Positions 19,637-28,972 of a DNA stretch of 64,000 bases are shown in pieces. The notes under the pieces were generated by a model. The model worked only from the letters and a program-made list of their open reading frames with translations, did not search any database and had not been told where the DNA came from. Source of the stretch: Candidatus Calescibacterium sp. Lineage in GTDB: Bacteria > DRYD01. The stretch covers positions 3,109 to 67,108 of the forward strand of contig JANXCV010000004.1 in assembly GCA_025059235.1 (NCBI GenBank). The letters run 5' to 3'. Numbering within the stretch: position 1 is the first letter of the stretch; each line of letters begins with the position of its first letter. The position numbers and the translations under genes were made by a program.

Positions 19637-20017
19637 ATGGCATATAAAAAGAAGAAAAAGGTCAAGAAGGTTAGCTCAACAGGGATAGCACATATACACT
19701 CTACCTTTAACAACACGATAATAACAATAACGGATGAAAATGGTAATACAATAAGTTGGGCATCTGGGGGAACAGTGGGATATAAGGGTACGAAGAAGGG
19801 AACTCCTTTTGCAGCTCAACTTGCTGCCAGACAAGCTGCAGAAAAAGCCATACAGTTGGGATTGAAAGAGGTTAAGGTCATAGTGAAAGGACCTGGAATG
19901 GGAAGGGAATCCGCTATAAGAGCTTTGAGAGCAGCAGGATTAGAAATAACCGACATAAAAGATGCTACTCCTATTCCTCACAACGGTTGTAGACCTCCTT
20001 CAAGAAGAAGGGTATAG
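19637..20017 (+). CDS. rpsK: 30S ribosomal protein S11
   Basis: [18 protein letters not shown]...[25 protein letters not shown]. Confidence 0.97.
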   Translation: MAYKKKKKVKKVSSTGIAHIHSTFNNTIITITDENGNTISWASGGTVGYKGTKKGTPFAAQLAARQAAEKAIQLGLKEVKVIVKGPGMGRESAIRALRAAGLEITDIKDATPIPHNGCRPPSRRRV

Positions 20018-20018
20018 A

Positions 20019-20078
20019 ACCGCTTGCTGGATGTTAGCGGTATATAAGTTATCCAGCCCCCACCAAAAAGTGTAGGGG
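20019..20078 (+). promoter_or_regulatory. Putative structured leader of rpsD (pseudoknot-capable, may occlude the SD)
   Basis: ACCGCT (20019-24) pairs with AGCGGT (20036-41). The loop GCTGGATG (20026-33) pairs with TATCCAGC (20050-57; G-U at 20033/20050). CCCC (20057-60) can alternatively pair with GGGG of the SD region (20075-78). The spacer is G+C-rich relative to its surroundings. Confidence 0.45.
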
Positions 20079-20091
20079 AAGAAAAAAAAGA

Positions 20092-20730
20092 ATGGGTAGA
20101 TATATAGGACCAAAATGCAGGTTGTGTAGGAGAGAAGGAATAAAGCTATACCTAAAGGGTGAAAAATGTTATACTGATAAATGTCCTCTTGAGAAGAGGA
20201 ACTATCCCCCTGGACAGCACGGATTTATCAAAAGAAGACCTAAGTTAACCACCTTTGGTATTAGACTGAGAGAAAAGCAAAAGGTTAAAAGAATATATGG
20301 AGTAAGTGAAAAGATGTTCAGAAGATATTTTGACGAAGCAAAGAGATTAGCAAGACTAGGGAAAGGATTTACTGGTCAGAACTTAATGAAAATCCTTGAA
20401 AGAAGATTGGATAACGTTCTTTATAGATCAGGAATAGCCGTCTCCAGAGCACAGGCAAGACAAATAATATCTCATGGATTCGTATTTGTAAACGATAAAA
20501 ATGTTGACATACCCTCCTATCTTGTCGAAATGAACGACATAATAAAATTCAAACCCAAGGTTTTAAATATTGTAAAACAGCATTTAGAAAATGCAAAGAA
20601 TTCTTTTATTCCTAACTGGTTGAGTGTGGATTTCAACAATTTGGTGATAAAGGTTGTCAGAGAACCGGAAAGAAATGATGTTGAATATCCGATAGAAGAT
20701 AATTTAATCGTTGAATTCTATTCGAGATAA
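20092..20730 (+). CDS. rpsD: 30S ribosomal protein S4
   Basis: [29 protein letters not shown] and a C-terminal S4 RNA-binding domain. Confidence 0.97.
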   Translation: MGRYIGPKCRLCRREGIKLYLKGEKCYTDKCPLEKRNYPPGQHGFIKRRPKLTTFGIRLREKQKVKRIYGVSEKMFRRYFDEAKRLARLGKGFTGQNLMKILERRLDNVLYRSGIAVSRAQARQIISHGFVFVNDKNVDIPSYLVEMNDIIKFKPKVLNIVKQHLENAKNSFIPNWLSVDFNNLVIKVVREPERNDVEYPIEDNLIVEFYSR

Positions 20731-20744
20731 AGGGGGTAAAGTAC

Positions 20745-21686
20745 ATGCTAACTGTTAATCAATTAAATACCGGCATACTTGCTATGGAACCGAACTATGG
20801 TAGATTTTTTATCGAGAAGTTACCGTACGGAATGGGAATAACGATAGGCAATGCTTTAAGGAGGATTTTGCTATCAAATGTTCCCGGTGCAGCAATATTC
20901 TACGTCAAGATAAACAATATCTTGCATGAATATGAAACTATAGGCGGTGTAAAGGAGGACGTTATAGATATTATTATTAATCTCAAAAAGGTTAGATTCA
21001 AATATAGGTCTAGTAGTGAGTTTGAAAAAGTATTTCTAAACGTTACAGGTCCGTACGAAGTTAGGGCAAGAGATATAAAATGTCCTGCAATGGTTGAAAT
21101 AGCAAACCCAGACCAGTATATAGCTACCATTACTACCAACGTTAGCCTGAATATTGAAGCTGGAGTAAAAATGGGAGTAGGATATGTTCCTGCAGAGGAA
21201 CAGGTATTACCGGAGGAAATAATAGGATATATAAAAGTTGATAGCATTTTTTCTCCTATTGAAAAGGTAAACTACTATGTTGAGAATGAGAGAAGTGAGA
21301 CTAATGAAATAATGGATAAATTATATGTAGAGATTTGGACTGATAGTACTATTTCACCAAGAGAAGCTTTATTGAAAGCACTGAACATATTGAGGTTTTA
21401 TATTGATAATATTATTGCTGGTTATGGTACTGACAAAGATACTTTTATATCTGAATTAGTTACGGGATATGATTCAAAAAATGATGTATTAAATAAAAAC
21501 ATAAAAGACTTGGATCTTTCCTCTAGAACCTTGAATTCATTGAAAAGAATAGGTATAAATACTGTAGGAGACTTACTGAAATACACTGAAGACGATTTGA
21601 TTACGGTACGCAACTTAGGTGGAAAGTCGATCCAAGAGATCAAGCAAAAACTGCAAGAATTAGGGCTAAGTTTGAGAGAATCCTAA
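20745..21686 (+). CDS. rpoA: DNA-directed RNA polymerase subunit alpha
   Basis: GNALRRILLSNVPGAA in the N-terminal domain and a C-terminal domain with LDLSSRTLNSLKRIGINTVGDL. Confidence 0.95.
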   Translation: MLTVNQLNTGILAMEPNYGRFFIEKLPYGMGITIGNALRRILLSNVPGAAIFYVKINNILHEYETIGGVKEDVIDIIINLKKVRFKYRSSSEFEKVFLNVTGPYEVRARDIKCPAMVEIANPDQYIATITTNVSLNIEAGVKMGVGYVPAEEQVLPEEIIGYIKVDSIFSPIEKVNYYVENERSETNEIMDKLYVEIWTDSTISPREALLKALNILRFYIDNIIAGYGTDKDTFISELVTGYDSKNDVLNKNIKDLDLSSRTLNSLKRIGINTVGDLLKYTEDDLITVRNLGGKSIQEIKQKLQELGLSLRES

Positions 21687-22598
21687 TTGGGTAAAGTTAT
21701 ATCTGATATCATTCAAGACTATAGATACTATCTGATTAGGCTCGGACTGTCCGATAGGACAGTCAAAGAGTATATAGCCGATATACAACGATTTTTTAGG
21801 TACTTTAAAACAGAGTATTTAGAAAACCCAGAAAAAATAGTAGAGAATATAAAAAGGTATATTGTTTATCTGAAATCAGAGAGGAATTGTTCTAATAGGG
21901 GAGTAAACAGAAAGATTTCTAGTTTTAGATCTTTCCTCAAATTTCTGTGGAAGGAAAAATATATTGATAACAATTATTCTGATAATATAGAGAGTCTAAA
22001 GACTCCAAGAACATTGCCCAAAGCCGCATCTTTGGAAGATGTAAAAAAAATTATTTCAAGCATCGACTTCGTATTTTCCAAAGTTAACGAGAAATATAGA
22101 AAATTTGTCAGTATGAGAAATAGAATGATTTTTATTTTTTTGGTTTTTACTGGATTAAGGGTTTCGGAATTAGTAAACGTGAAAACCACTGATATAGATT
22201 TTTCACAAAACACGATTAAAGTAAAAGGGAAAGGTGACAAAGAGAGAATAGTTATATTCAACGATTATGTAAAAGAGTGTCTAATAGAGTATTTGAAAGT
22301 GAAAGAAGAAATTGCTTCGAGTGATTATGTATTTGTTAGTATAAGGAAAAAGAAGATAGATGTAAGGACGGTACAGTATATTTTTCAGAGGGTTTCTAAA
22401 ACTATTTCTCTAAGGTTTAAAATCACTCCCCACGTTATGAGACATACTTTTGCTACCTTGATGCTGGAAAATGGTTCAGATATTGTTGCTATAAAAGAGC
22501 TATTAGGGCACTCAAATTTGAATACCACTCAAATATATACTAAGGTGTCAGTAGAACACTTAAGAAAAAATTATAAAATAGGAGGAATTAGAATTTGA
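21687..22598 (+). CDS. Tyrosine recombinase, XerC/XerD type
   Basis: Catalytic residues in GLRVSELVN, HVMRHTFAT and LGHSNLNTTQIYTKV. TTG start directly after the rpoA stop. Confidence 0.85.
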   Translation: MGKVISDIIQDYRYYLIRLGLSDRTVKEYIADIQRFFRYFKTEYLENPEKIVENIKRYIVYLKSERNCSNRGVNRKISSFRSFLKFLWKEKYIDNNYSDNIESLKTPRTLPKAASLEDVKKIISSIDFVFSKVNEKYRKFVSMRNRMIFIFLVFTGLRVSELVNVKTTDIDFSQNTIKVKGKGDKERIVIFNDYVKECLIEYLKVKEEIASSDYVFVSIRKKKIDVRTVQYIFQRVSKTISLRFKITPHVMRHTFATLMLENGSDIVAIKELLGHSNLNTTQIYTKVSVEHLRKNYKIGGIRI

Positions 22599-22601
22599 AC
22601 T

Positions 22602-24143
22602 ATGGGTTATATGACGTTGTACAGAAAGTATAGACCTCAGTTTTTTAGCCAAGTTATAGGACAGGATATTTCTGTTAGGATAATAAAGAACTCTATTCTG
22701 AGTAATACTTTTTCGCATTCTTATTTGTTTGTTGGTACTAGAGGTACGGGTAAGACTACTGTTGCGAGAATATTTTCGAAGTCTTTAAATTGTCTAGATA
22801 GAAAGGAAGCTGAGCCATGCAATCAGTGTTCTAATTGTGTCTCTTTCAACAACGGTAGTTTTCCGGACTGTATTGAAATTGACGCAGCTTCTAACAGGGG
22901 AATAAATGAAATAAAACAAATAAGAGAGAATTTGAAACTTAATCCAATAAGGGGAAAGTACAAGATTTATATAATAGATGAGGTTCATATGCTTACTATT
23001 GAAGCTTTCAATGCCTTGCTGAAGAGCTTGGAAGAGCCTCCCCCGTTCATTATATTTATTCTGGCTACTACTGATGTCCATAAGGTTCCTATTACCATTC
23101 AATCCAGATGTCAGAAAATAGAATTCAAACGAGTTCATCATAGTGTAATATTCTCTCATTTAAAAGATATATGTGTTAAAGAAGGTATAAACATAGAGGA
23201 TGAAGCTTTGATGTACATAGCAAAAGCTGCAAACGGTTCTGTAAGAGATTCACTTAGCTTATTGGAGCAAGTAAGGAATATTTCCGGTCATATAAAGCTT
23301 CAAGATATATTGGAGCTATTTTCCGTGGTCTCTCTGGATTGGGTCTATAAGTACATCATGTATATTCTCCTAGATCAGGTTACCGAACTTCTCGAACTTT
23401 TAAATAAAATAAAATACTATTCGGTCAATATCTATCAATTCTTGTATATGGTCATAAACGAGCTAAAAAACTGTATATATTACAAATACCAAGTTACGGC
23501 AGAGGAGTTTAGTTCTTTCCAGATTGATAACTATAGCAAAATCCTCTCAATAGCAAGTACTGATAGAATATTGAAAATGATAAATAATTTAAATAGTCTT
23601 CTTAGCTATTATAGAAATGATAACGATTACTTTTTATTCGAAATAAATTCGATGAATATGGTGTTTGAGAGGAACAGGGAGAAAGTTGATGTATCAGAGA
23701 AAAGGTCTACTAGAGAGATGGAGAAATCCGATGAAAGTACCTCCAAAGAAGAAGATCAAACTTATACGAGTGATCAACAACAAACAGAAATCAAGCAGGT
23801 CGAAATCAAGAGGATGGAAACTATCCAACCTGATGATACAAAAATACTTGAGCCCCTAAAACAAAGACTTATGAAGATATTTGAAAATGATAAGTTATTA
23901 TGTAGGACTATAGAGAATGCAAAGGATATTTTCAAAGAGGGTAACAAGTTGGTGTTTGTTTTTCAGTTAGAAAAGAAGTCTGTAATAGCCTATAAAAGAT
24001 TAATTGAACAAAAATCAAGTTCAATTTTAGAAAAGCTCAAGGATAGTATGGGAATTGAAAATATAGAGTTTAGAGAAATTGAAAAGACTACCAGCAAAGG
24101 ATCACCTATTGATAGGATAATAGACTATACAAAAAGAATATGA
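22602..24143 (+). CDS. dnaX: DNA polymerase III subunit gamma/tau
   Basis: YRKYRPQFF, Walker A GTRGTGKTT, Zn module CNQCSNC, DEVHMLT, SRCQ. Confidence 0.92.
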   Translation: MGYMTLYRKYRPQFFSQVIGQDISVRIIKNSILSNTFSHSYLFVGTRGTGKTTVARIFSKSLNCLDRKEAEPCNQCSNCVSFNNGSFPDCIEIDAASNRGINEIKQIRENLKLNPIRGKYKIYIIDEVHMLTIEAFNALLKSLEEPPPFIIFILATTDVHKVPITIQSRCQKIEFKRVHHSVIFSHLKDICVKEGINIEDEALMYIAKAANGSVRDSLSLLEQVRNISGHIKLQDILELFSVVSLDWVYKYIMYILLDQVTELLELLNKIKYYSVNIYQFLYMVINELKNCIYYKYQVTAEEFSSFQIDNYSKILSIASTDRILKMINNLNSLLSYYRNDNDYFLFEINSMNMVFERNREKVDVSEKRSTREMEKSDESTSKEEDQTYTSDQQQTEIKQVEIKRMETIQPDDTKILEPLKQRLMKIFENDKLLCRTIENAKDIFKEGNKLVFVFQLEKKSVIAYKRLIEQKSSSILEKLKDSMGIENIEFREIEKTTSKGSPIDRIIDYTKRI

Positions 24144-24183
24144 AAAATAAGAGGGATAGCAATTTCGAAGGAGGTACAAGATA

Positions 24184-26568
24184 TTGAACTTTCTTCTTAG
24201 CATTCTCATTTTCACCGGGCTTATAGTTTCTTACGTATTTGGTATCGATATTAAACAACTAGAGGGAAAGTCTGAACAAGAATTATATGATATGGCTGAA
24301 CAGTATTATAAGAAATTTGAAGATAAATCTGCTTATATTATTTGCGTCCACATAATAAAGAATGTAAACGTTAAAAATAAAAAAGCTTTTTATATATTAG
24401 CTGAAATTTTGATCAGAAATGTTTCTGCTGCATCAGATAAACAAAAAGTATATAACGAAGTAATAAAATACGCGGACCACATAATAAACAATATTGATTA
24501 CTATGATAGTAGAGCTTACTATTATAAGGGCTGGGGGTATTATAATCTTGGTGACTATGCAACAGCTGAATTTAACCTGAAAAAATCTATTCAAAATAAT
24601 CCAAATTATCTACCTGCTTTGAAGTTATTAGTAGATATTTACATATCTACCAAAAAGTTTGATGAAGCGTTAAAGATAAGTGAAAAGATTATTTCGAAAG
24701 GATATATAGACAATGATTTTGCCAAATTAGTTCTCAGATTGTATATAGATTCTGATCAAATATCTAAGGCAGAAGATTTTGCTTCCAAATACGGAGCTTA
24801 TCTTAACGATGAAGAAGCTCACTTTCTTTTGGCTAAATTGAACTATAAACAGGGTAAATATAATCAAGCTTTAAGCTACATAGATAAAACCCTACAGAGA
24901 TTACCAAATGACGAAAATTATCTAAAGCTAAAGGTAAAAATACTTTATGCAATGAAGAAGTATAACGAGGCATATAGAATGATAACTGAAAAATTGAGTA
25001 ATATCCAAGACGAAGAAATTGTGATAATAAAGAAAGATATTGAGGATTCATTTTTTAGGAAAAGAGTTACCATTTATGGTTCTATCCTTTTAGTCATCGT
25101 TTTAGGAATAGTAGGATATTTCTATTTGCGTGAGTTGAAGAATAGACAGGCTAAAAAAAGCATTTTTGATCTCAAAAAGTTATATCAACAAAAAGTATCC
25201 GTTAAAGCTGAAAATCTAGATATTTTAATAAACCTAGTTTATGACTTTATAAATAACTATGTTTTATCTTTCAACTCTAGGATGGCTATATATGTTTCTG
25301 ATCCAAGAAAAGATAATGTCTTATATTGCTATCTTAATAATGTTTCTGATGATTTACCCGATGTTATATATATTTTTCCCAAGTACTCTGGTTGGTTGTC
25401 TGAGTACTCTAATACCCCCGTTCATTTATTATCTTTACAATCTGATAATAGCTTTTATGATTGGATTGGTGGTAAAAATATTGTTTTGTTGAAGAGAAAT
25501 AGGCTAAATTTTATCCTGTCCTGTGTAAGTAGGGAGTTATTGCAAGCAGTTATTTTTATACAAGCTTCGAGTGAACAGGAAGAGCAATCAATTCTTCAAG
25601 TTTTAAGAAAATATAAAGAGGTAGTAGTAGAGATACTAGAGGAAATAGCAAATGATGTAATGTCTACTAGATTCAAAGAGGCCTCTTTCCTAGATGAATT
25701 GACAAGGTTATATAATAGGAGATTTATGTATCAAAAACTGGAGCAGGAACTTGAGAAAGCTTCCAGGAATAATCAAAAACTGTCAGTCATCTTATGTGAT
25801 ATTGATAACTTTAAGAAATTTAATGATACATATGGTCACCAGGTGGGTGATGAGGTTTTAAGGGCTGTTGCAAAAGTTTTCAAAGGAGCTTCAAGAGAAT
25901 TTTTCGATTGGCCATTTAGATACGGGGGAGAAGAAATCGGATTAATATTACCCAACACCTCTGCCGATAAGGCTTTTGAAATAGCTGAAAGGATTAGGAA
26001 AGAAGTTTCTTCTCGAACCTTCGAAAACGTTCCCACTGTGATAACTATATCCCTAGGTATAGCTACTTATCCTGATCATGCAAAAACTATAGATGAACTA
26101 ATAAAATTAGCTGATGAAGCACTATATTATTCTAAAAGAACAGGCAAAAATAAAACAACTATATATACTAACAAACTTATAGAAGACTTTCAAAAAACTT
26201 CTGTAAAAACTCAAAATTCCAGCGAAGGTTCAGATGGAGTCAATACTCAACAAAAAAACCTAGACTTTAAGATACCTACGTTTGTTTATAGTTTAGATCA
26301 ATTTGAAGAATACTATACTAGCATAAAGGATAGCTATATGCATGTAATAATGATCATTGAAACTGAGATCTCAGAAATTCTGCATAAGCTGGTAATGGAC
26401 ATATATCACAATCTTTTACTCGTAGAGTGTATAGGTATGGGAGTTGATAACAATAAAGTTACTATAAAGGTTTTATTAATTGAGAGAAAGGAAGAAGATA
26501 TACAACATTTTCTAAATGATATATCGAACAAATACAATGTCAAACCGAGCATTACAACAAAAGTCTAG
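24184..26568 (+). CDS. TPR - TM - unknown region - GGDEF diguanylate cyclase with extra C-terminal domain
   Basis: N-terminal signal/TM segment, TPR-like repeats, a TM helix (ILLVIVLGIVGYFYL), a GGDEF domain (DIDNFKKFNDTYGH..RYGGEEIG) and ~130 unassigned aa after it. TTG start with an AAGGAGG SD. Confidence 0.85.
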   Translation: MNFLLSILIFTGLIVSYVFGIDIKQLEGKSEQELYDMAEQYYKKFEDKSAYIICVHIIKNVNVKNKKAFYILAEILIRNVSAASDKQKVYNEVIKYADHIINNIDYYDSRAYYYKGWGYYNLGDYATAEFNLKKSIQNNPNYLPALKLLVDIYISTKKFDEALKISEKIISKGYIDNDFAKLVLRLYIDSDQISKAEDFASKYGAYLNDEEAHFLLAKLNYKQGKYNQALSYIDKTLQRLPNDENYLKLKVKILYAMKKYNEAYRMITEKLSNIQDEEIVIIKKDIEDSFFRKRVTIYGSILLVIVLGIVGYFYLRELKNRQAKKSIFDLKKLYQQKVSVKAENLDILINLVYDFINNYVLSFNSRMAIYVSDPRKDNVLYCYLNNVSDDLPDVIYIFPKYSGWLSEYSNTPVHLLSLQSDNSFYDWIGGKNIVLLKRNRLNFILSCVSRELLQAVIFIQASSEQEEQSILQVLRKYKEVVVEILEEIANDVMSTRFKEASFLDELTRLYNRRFMYQKLEQELEKASRNNQKLSVILCDIDNFKKFNDTYGHQVGDEVLRAVAKVFKGASREFFDWPFRYGGEEIGLILPNTSADKAFEIAERIRKEVSSRTFENVPTVITISLGIATYPDHAKTIDELIKLADEALYYSKRTGKNKTTIYTNKLIEDFQKTSVKTQNSSEGSDGVNTQQKNLDFKIPTFVYSLDQFEEYYTSIKDSYMHVIMIIETEISEILHKLVMDIYHNLLLVECIGMGVDNNKVTIKVLLIERKEEDIQHFLNDISNKYNVKPSITTKV

Positions 26569-26929
26569 TTACTCTCAAAAGTATCAAAGAGAACTAGGAT
26601 TATCAGTAGTTTTTCAGTATATATACTATGGTAGATTTTTTCTACCGTTAAATTTAGCAAATTACTTCATAGATGTTCTAGAGGGTATAATTCTTAATTA
26701 CCATGAGTATAATAGAAAAGTTTGGGAGATAGTATACAGATCAAACTTTTTTGTGATGAATTATATGGAAAGGGCTCTATTACTTATGTTGTATGCTGAA
26801 ATAAAGATCGGTCAGATTCCAACTTCCTTACTTGTGTTCATATATATAAGGCTTGCCAAGAAATACTGTAGAAAAAATTTTCATAAATTAATACCTGTAT
26901 TTGTTTCTCATGCTGAGAAAAATTTTTAG
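26516..26929 (+). CDS. Doubtful hypothetical ORF
   Basis: 137-codon ORF overlapping both neighbours. A GGTAGA-TTTTT-TCTACC hairpin (26630-26646) lies inside it. No motif and no clear SD. Confidence 0.2.
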   Translation: MIYRTNTMSNRALQQKSSYSQKYQRELGLSVVFQYIYYGRFFLPLNLANYFIDVLEGIILNYHEYNRKVWEIVYRSNFFVMNYMERALLLMLYAEIKIGQIPTSLLVFIYIRLAKKYCRKNFHKLIPVFVSHAEKNF

Positions 26930-28958
26930 ATTCTTCTTTAGCTTTGCAATATTCACCCTGAAGCTTATATTCTTCACCTTTTTAATAACAGTTTTCTTTG
27001 TTACTTATTTCATTCTAGGAATTGTAAATCAGGCAAGGAAAGAAATAGATGACGTATCAAAAGTTAAAAGAAAAATTCCTGTCCAGTCCACAGAATTTTA
27101 TTCTTTGGACAACAAAAGAGTTGGCAAAGTATATGTAGAGAACAGATATTGGGTTTCTATAAGGGATATTCCAGAATCTGTAAAAATTTGTCTTATTGCT
27201 TCTGAAGACGAGAGGTTTTATTATCATCGAGGAGTAGATTTTCTTGCAGTTCTGAGAAGTATGATTGATATTCTAGTAAGAAGAGAAATTACTCAAGGAG
27301 GTAGTACCATTACACAACAGTTAGCCAGAATTCTGTTTCTTACTCCAGATGTTACGCTAAAGAGGAAAATAAAAGAAGCAGTACTAGCAGTTGAGTTAGA
27401 AAAGGTTTTTTCTAAACAGGAGATAATGGAGATGTATTTGAATTTGGTTTATTTTGGAGAAGGGGCATATGGGATAGAGGCTGCTTCAAGGGTATACTTC
27501 GCTAAATCTGTAAAGGAACTAAACATTCCCGAAGCAGCTATGATAATTGGTATTCTCCCCGCCCCTTCTGTTTACTCACCATATGTTAACTTCAAAGCAG
27601 CTAAAACCAGACAGGTCTACGTACTTCGAAAATTGCTTGAATTAAAATACATATCTCACAGTGAGTATCAGAAGTATAAAAATTATCCTATTAAATTGAA
27701 ACGAGAAAAACTAGAAGAGGATAATATCCTCTATCCATACTATACCAACTATGTTATTCAGAACTTTAGAAAGATAACGGGCATAGATTATGAATCTCTG
27801 CAAACTTTGGGATTAAAGGTTTACATGAATATGGACTCTAGGATTCAGGACGAGATACAGAGGATTCTACAAGAACAAATAGATAAACATAGGTCTAATT
27901 GGAACGTTAATCAAGGTGCTATCATTTTGATTGAGAACTATACGGGTAGAGTTTTGGCAATGGTTGGGGGATACAGGTACAGTATTTCTGATCAATTTAA
28001 TAGAGCTTATCAAGCTTTCAGACAACCAGGATCAGTATTTAAGATAGTTGTATACACTGCCGCTCTAAGTGCAGGGTTTCAACCATATAGTTCGGTAGAG
28101 GACAAGGTATACACTTACACTGGTTCAGATGGTAAGCCTTACTCCCCAGTTAATTGGGACAGAAAATACTGGGGTAGAATGTCTCTGATTGATTCTTTTG
28201 CTTTTTCACGAAATACTGTTGCTGTATATCTTGCTAATTCAGTTGGAATAGATAAAGTTATTGAGACTGCTTATAGGATGGGGATTAAAACGAAATTAGA
28301 ACCTTACCTATCTACGGCTTTAGGTTCATCTGTTCTAACACCCCTAGAGGTAGCCACTTTTACTTCTGTCATAGCAAATAGTGGCTATCTTGTTGAGCCA
28401 GTTTTTGTTTCAAGGGTTGAGGATAGGTACGGTGGAACAATATATTTTTCTAGGAACAAGTACTTGAAAGTTCTTCCTTACCAAGTTGCTCAGGATATGA
28501 GATTACTTATGAAAGCTGTGGTCGACAGGGGAACTGGCTATTCTGCAAAGATACAGAATATAGACTGCTATGGTAAAACGGGAACTACGAGTGATCATAG
28601 GGACGCTTGGTTTGCAGGGTTTACTGATGATTTCACCTGTATTGTTTGGCTTGGTAATGATGATTATTCTCAGCTTTACAACGTTTACGGTGCCACTTTA
28701 CCAGCACAGATATGGAAAAAATGTATTCTAACTGCATATAAATACTATAGACCTAAAAATAACCCTAAGAAGCAAAGAGATTCGAACACGAAAGAAATTA
28801 ATTTGAAAACTAAAGAAATTAAAAAAGAATCTACAAAACAAGTAACCACATTCTTAGAAACTGATAATACTACTATCTTTACTACTACTGAGAAGAAAAC
28901 TACCGAAACTACAACTACTGTTGATTATAATACATTCCCTTGGGAAAATACTGACTAG
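26910..28958 (+). CDS. Penicillin-binding protein 1A (bifunctional glycosyltransferase/transpeptidase)
   Basis: GT51 motifs EDERFYYHRGVD and GGSTITQQ. Transpeptidase motifs SVFK, SRN and KTGT. ATG at 26910 preferred to the TTG at 26901. Confidence 0.92.
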   Translation: MLRKIFRFFFSFAIFTLKLIFFTFLITVFFVTYFILGIVNQARKEIDDVSKVKRKIPVQSTEFYSLDNKRVGKVYVENRYWVSIRDIPESVKICLIASEDERFYYHRGVDFLAVLRSMIDILVRREITQGGSTITQQLARILFLTPDVTLKRKIKEAVLAVELEKVFSKQEIMEMYLNLVYFGEGAYGIEAASRVYFAKSVKELNIPEAAMIIGILPAPSVYSPYVNFKAAKTRQVYVLRKLLELKYISHSEYQKYKNYPIKLKREKLEEDNILYPYYTNYVIQNFRKITGIDYESLQTLGLKVYMNMDSRIQDEIQRILQEQIDKHRSNWNVNQGAIILIENYTGRVLAMVGGYRYSISDQFNRAYQAFRQPGSVFKIVVYTAALSAGFQPYSSVEDKVYTYTGSDGKPYSPVNWDRKYWGRMSLIDSFAFSRNTVAVYLANSVGIDKVIETAYRMGIKTKLEPYLSTALGSSVLTPLEVATFTSVIANSGYLVEPVFVSRVEDRYGGTIYFSRNKYLKVLPYQVAQDMRLLMKAVVDRGTGYSAKIQNIDCYGKTGTTSDHRDAWFAGFTDDFTCIVWLGNDDYSQLYNVYGATLPAQIWKKCILTAYKYYRPKNNPKKQRDSNTKEINLKTKEIKKESTKQVTTFLETDNTTIFTTTEKKTTETTTTVDYNTFPWENTD

Positions 28959-28972
28959 CTAAGAGGTGGGGT

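Noticed and set aside
21687-22598. Tyrosine recombinase as marker of an integrated mobile element
   Set aside because: It has XerC/D-type motifs, is flanked by rpoA and dnaX with no spacers, and has no att-like repeats or cargo genes nearby.
22602-24143. Programmed -1 frameshift site in dnaX
   Set aside because: I found no A-AAA-AAG-type slippery heptamer with a downstream hairpin. The CTA-AAA-AAC run near 23463 is not in the required frame or context.
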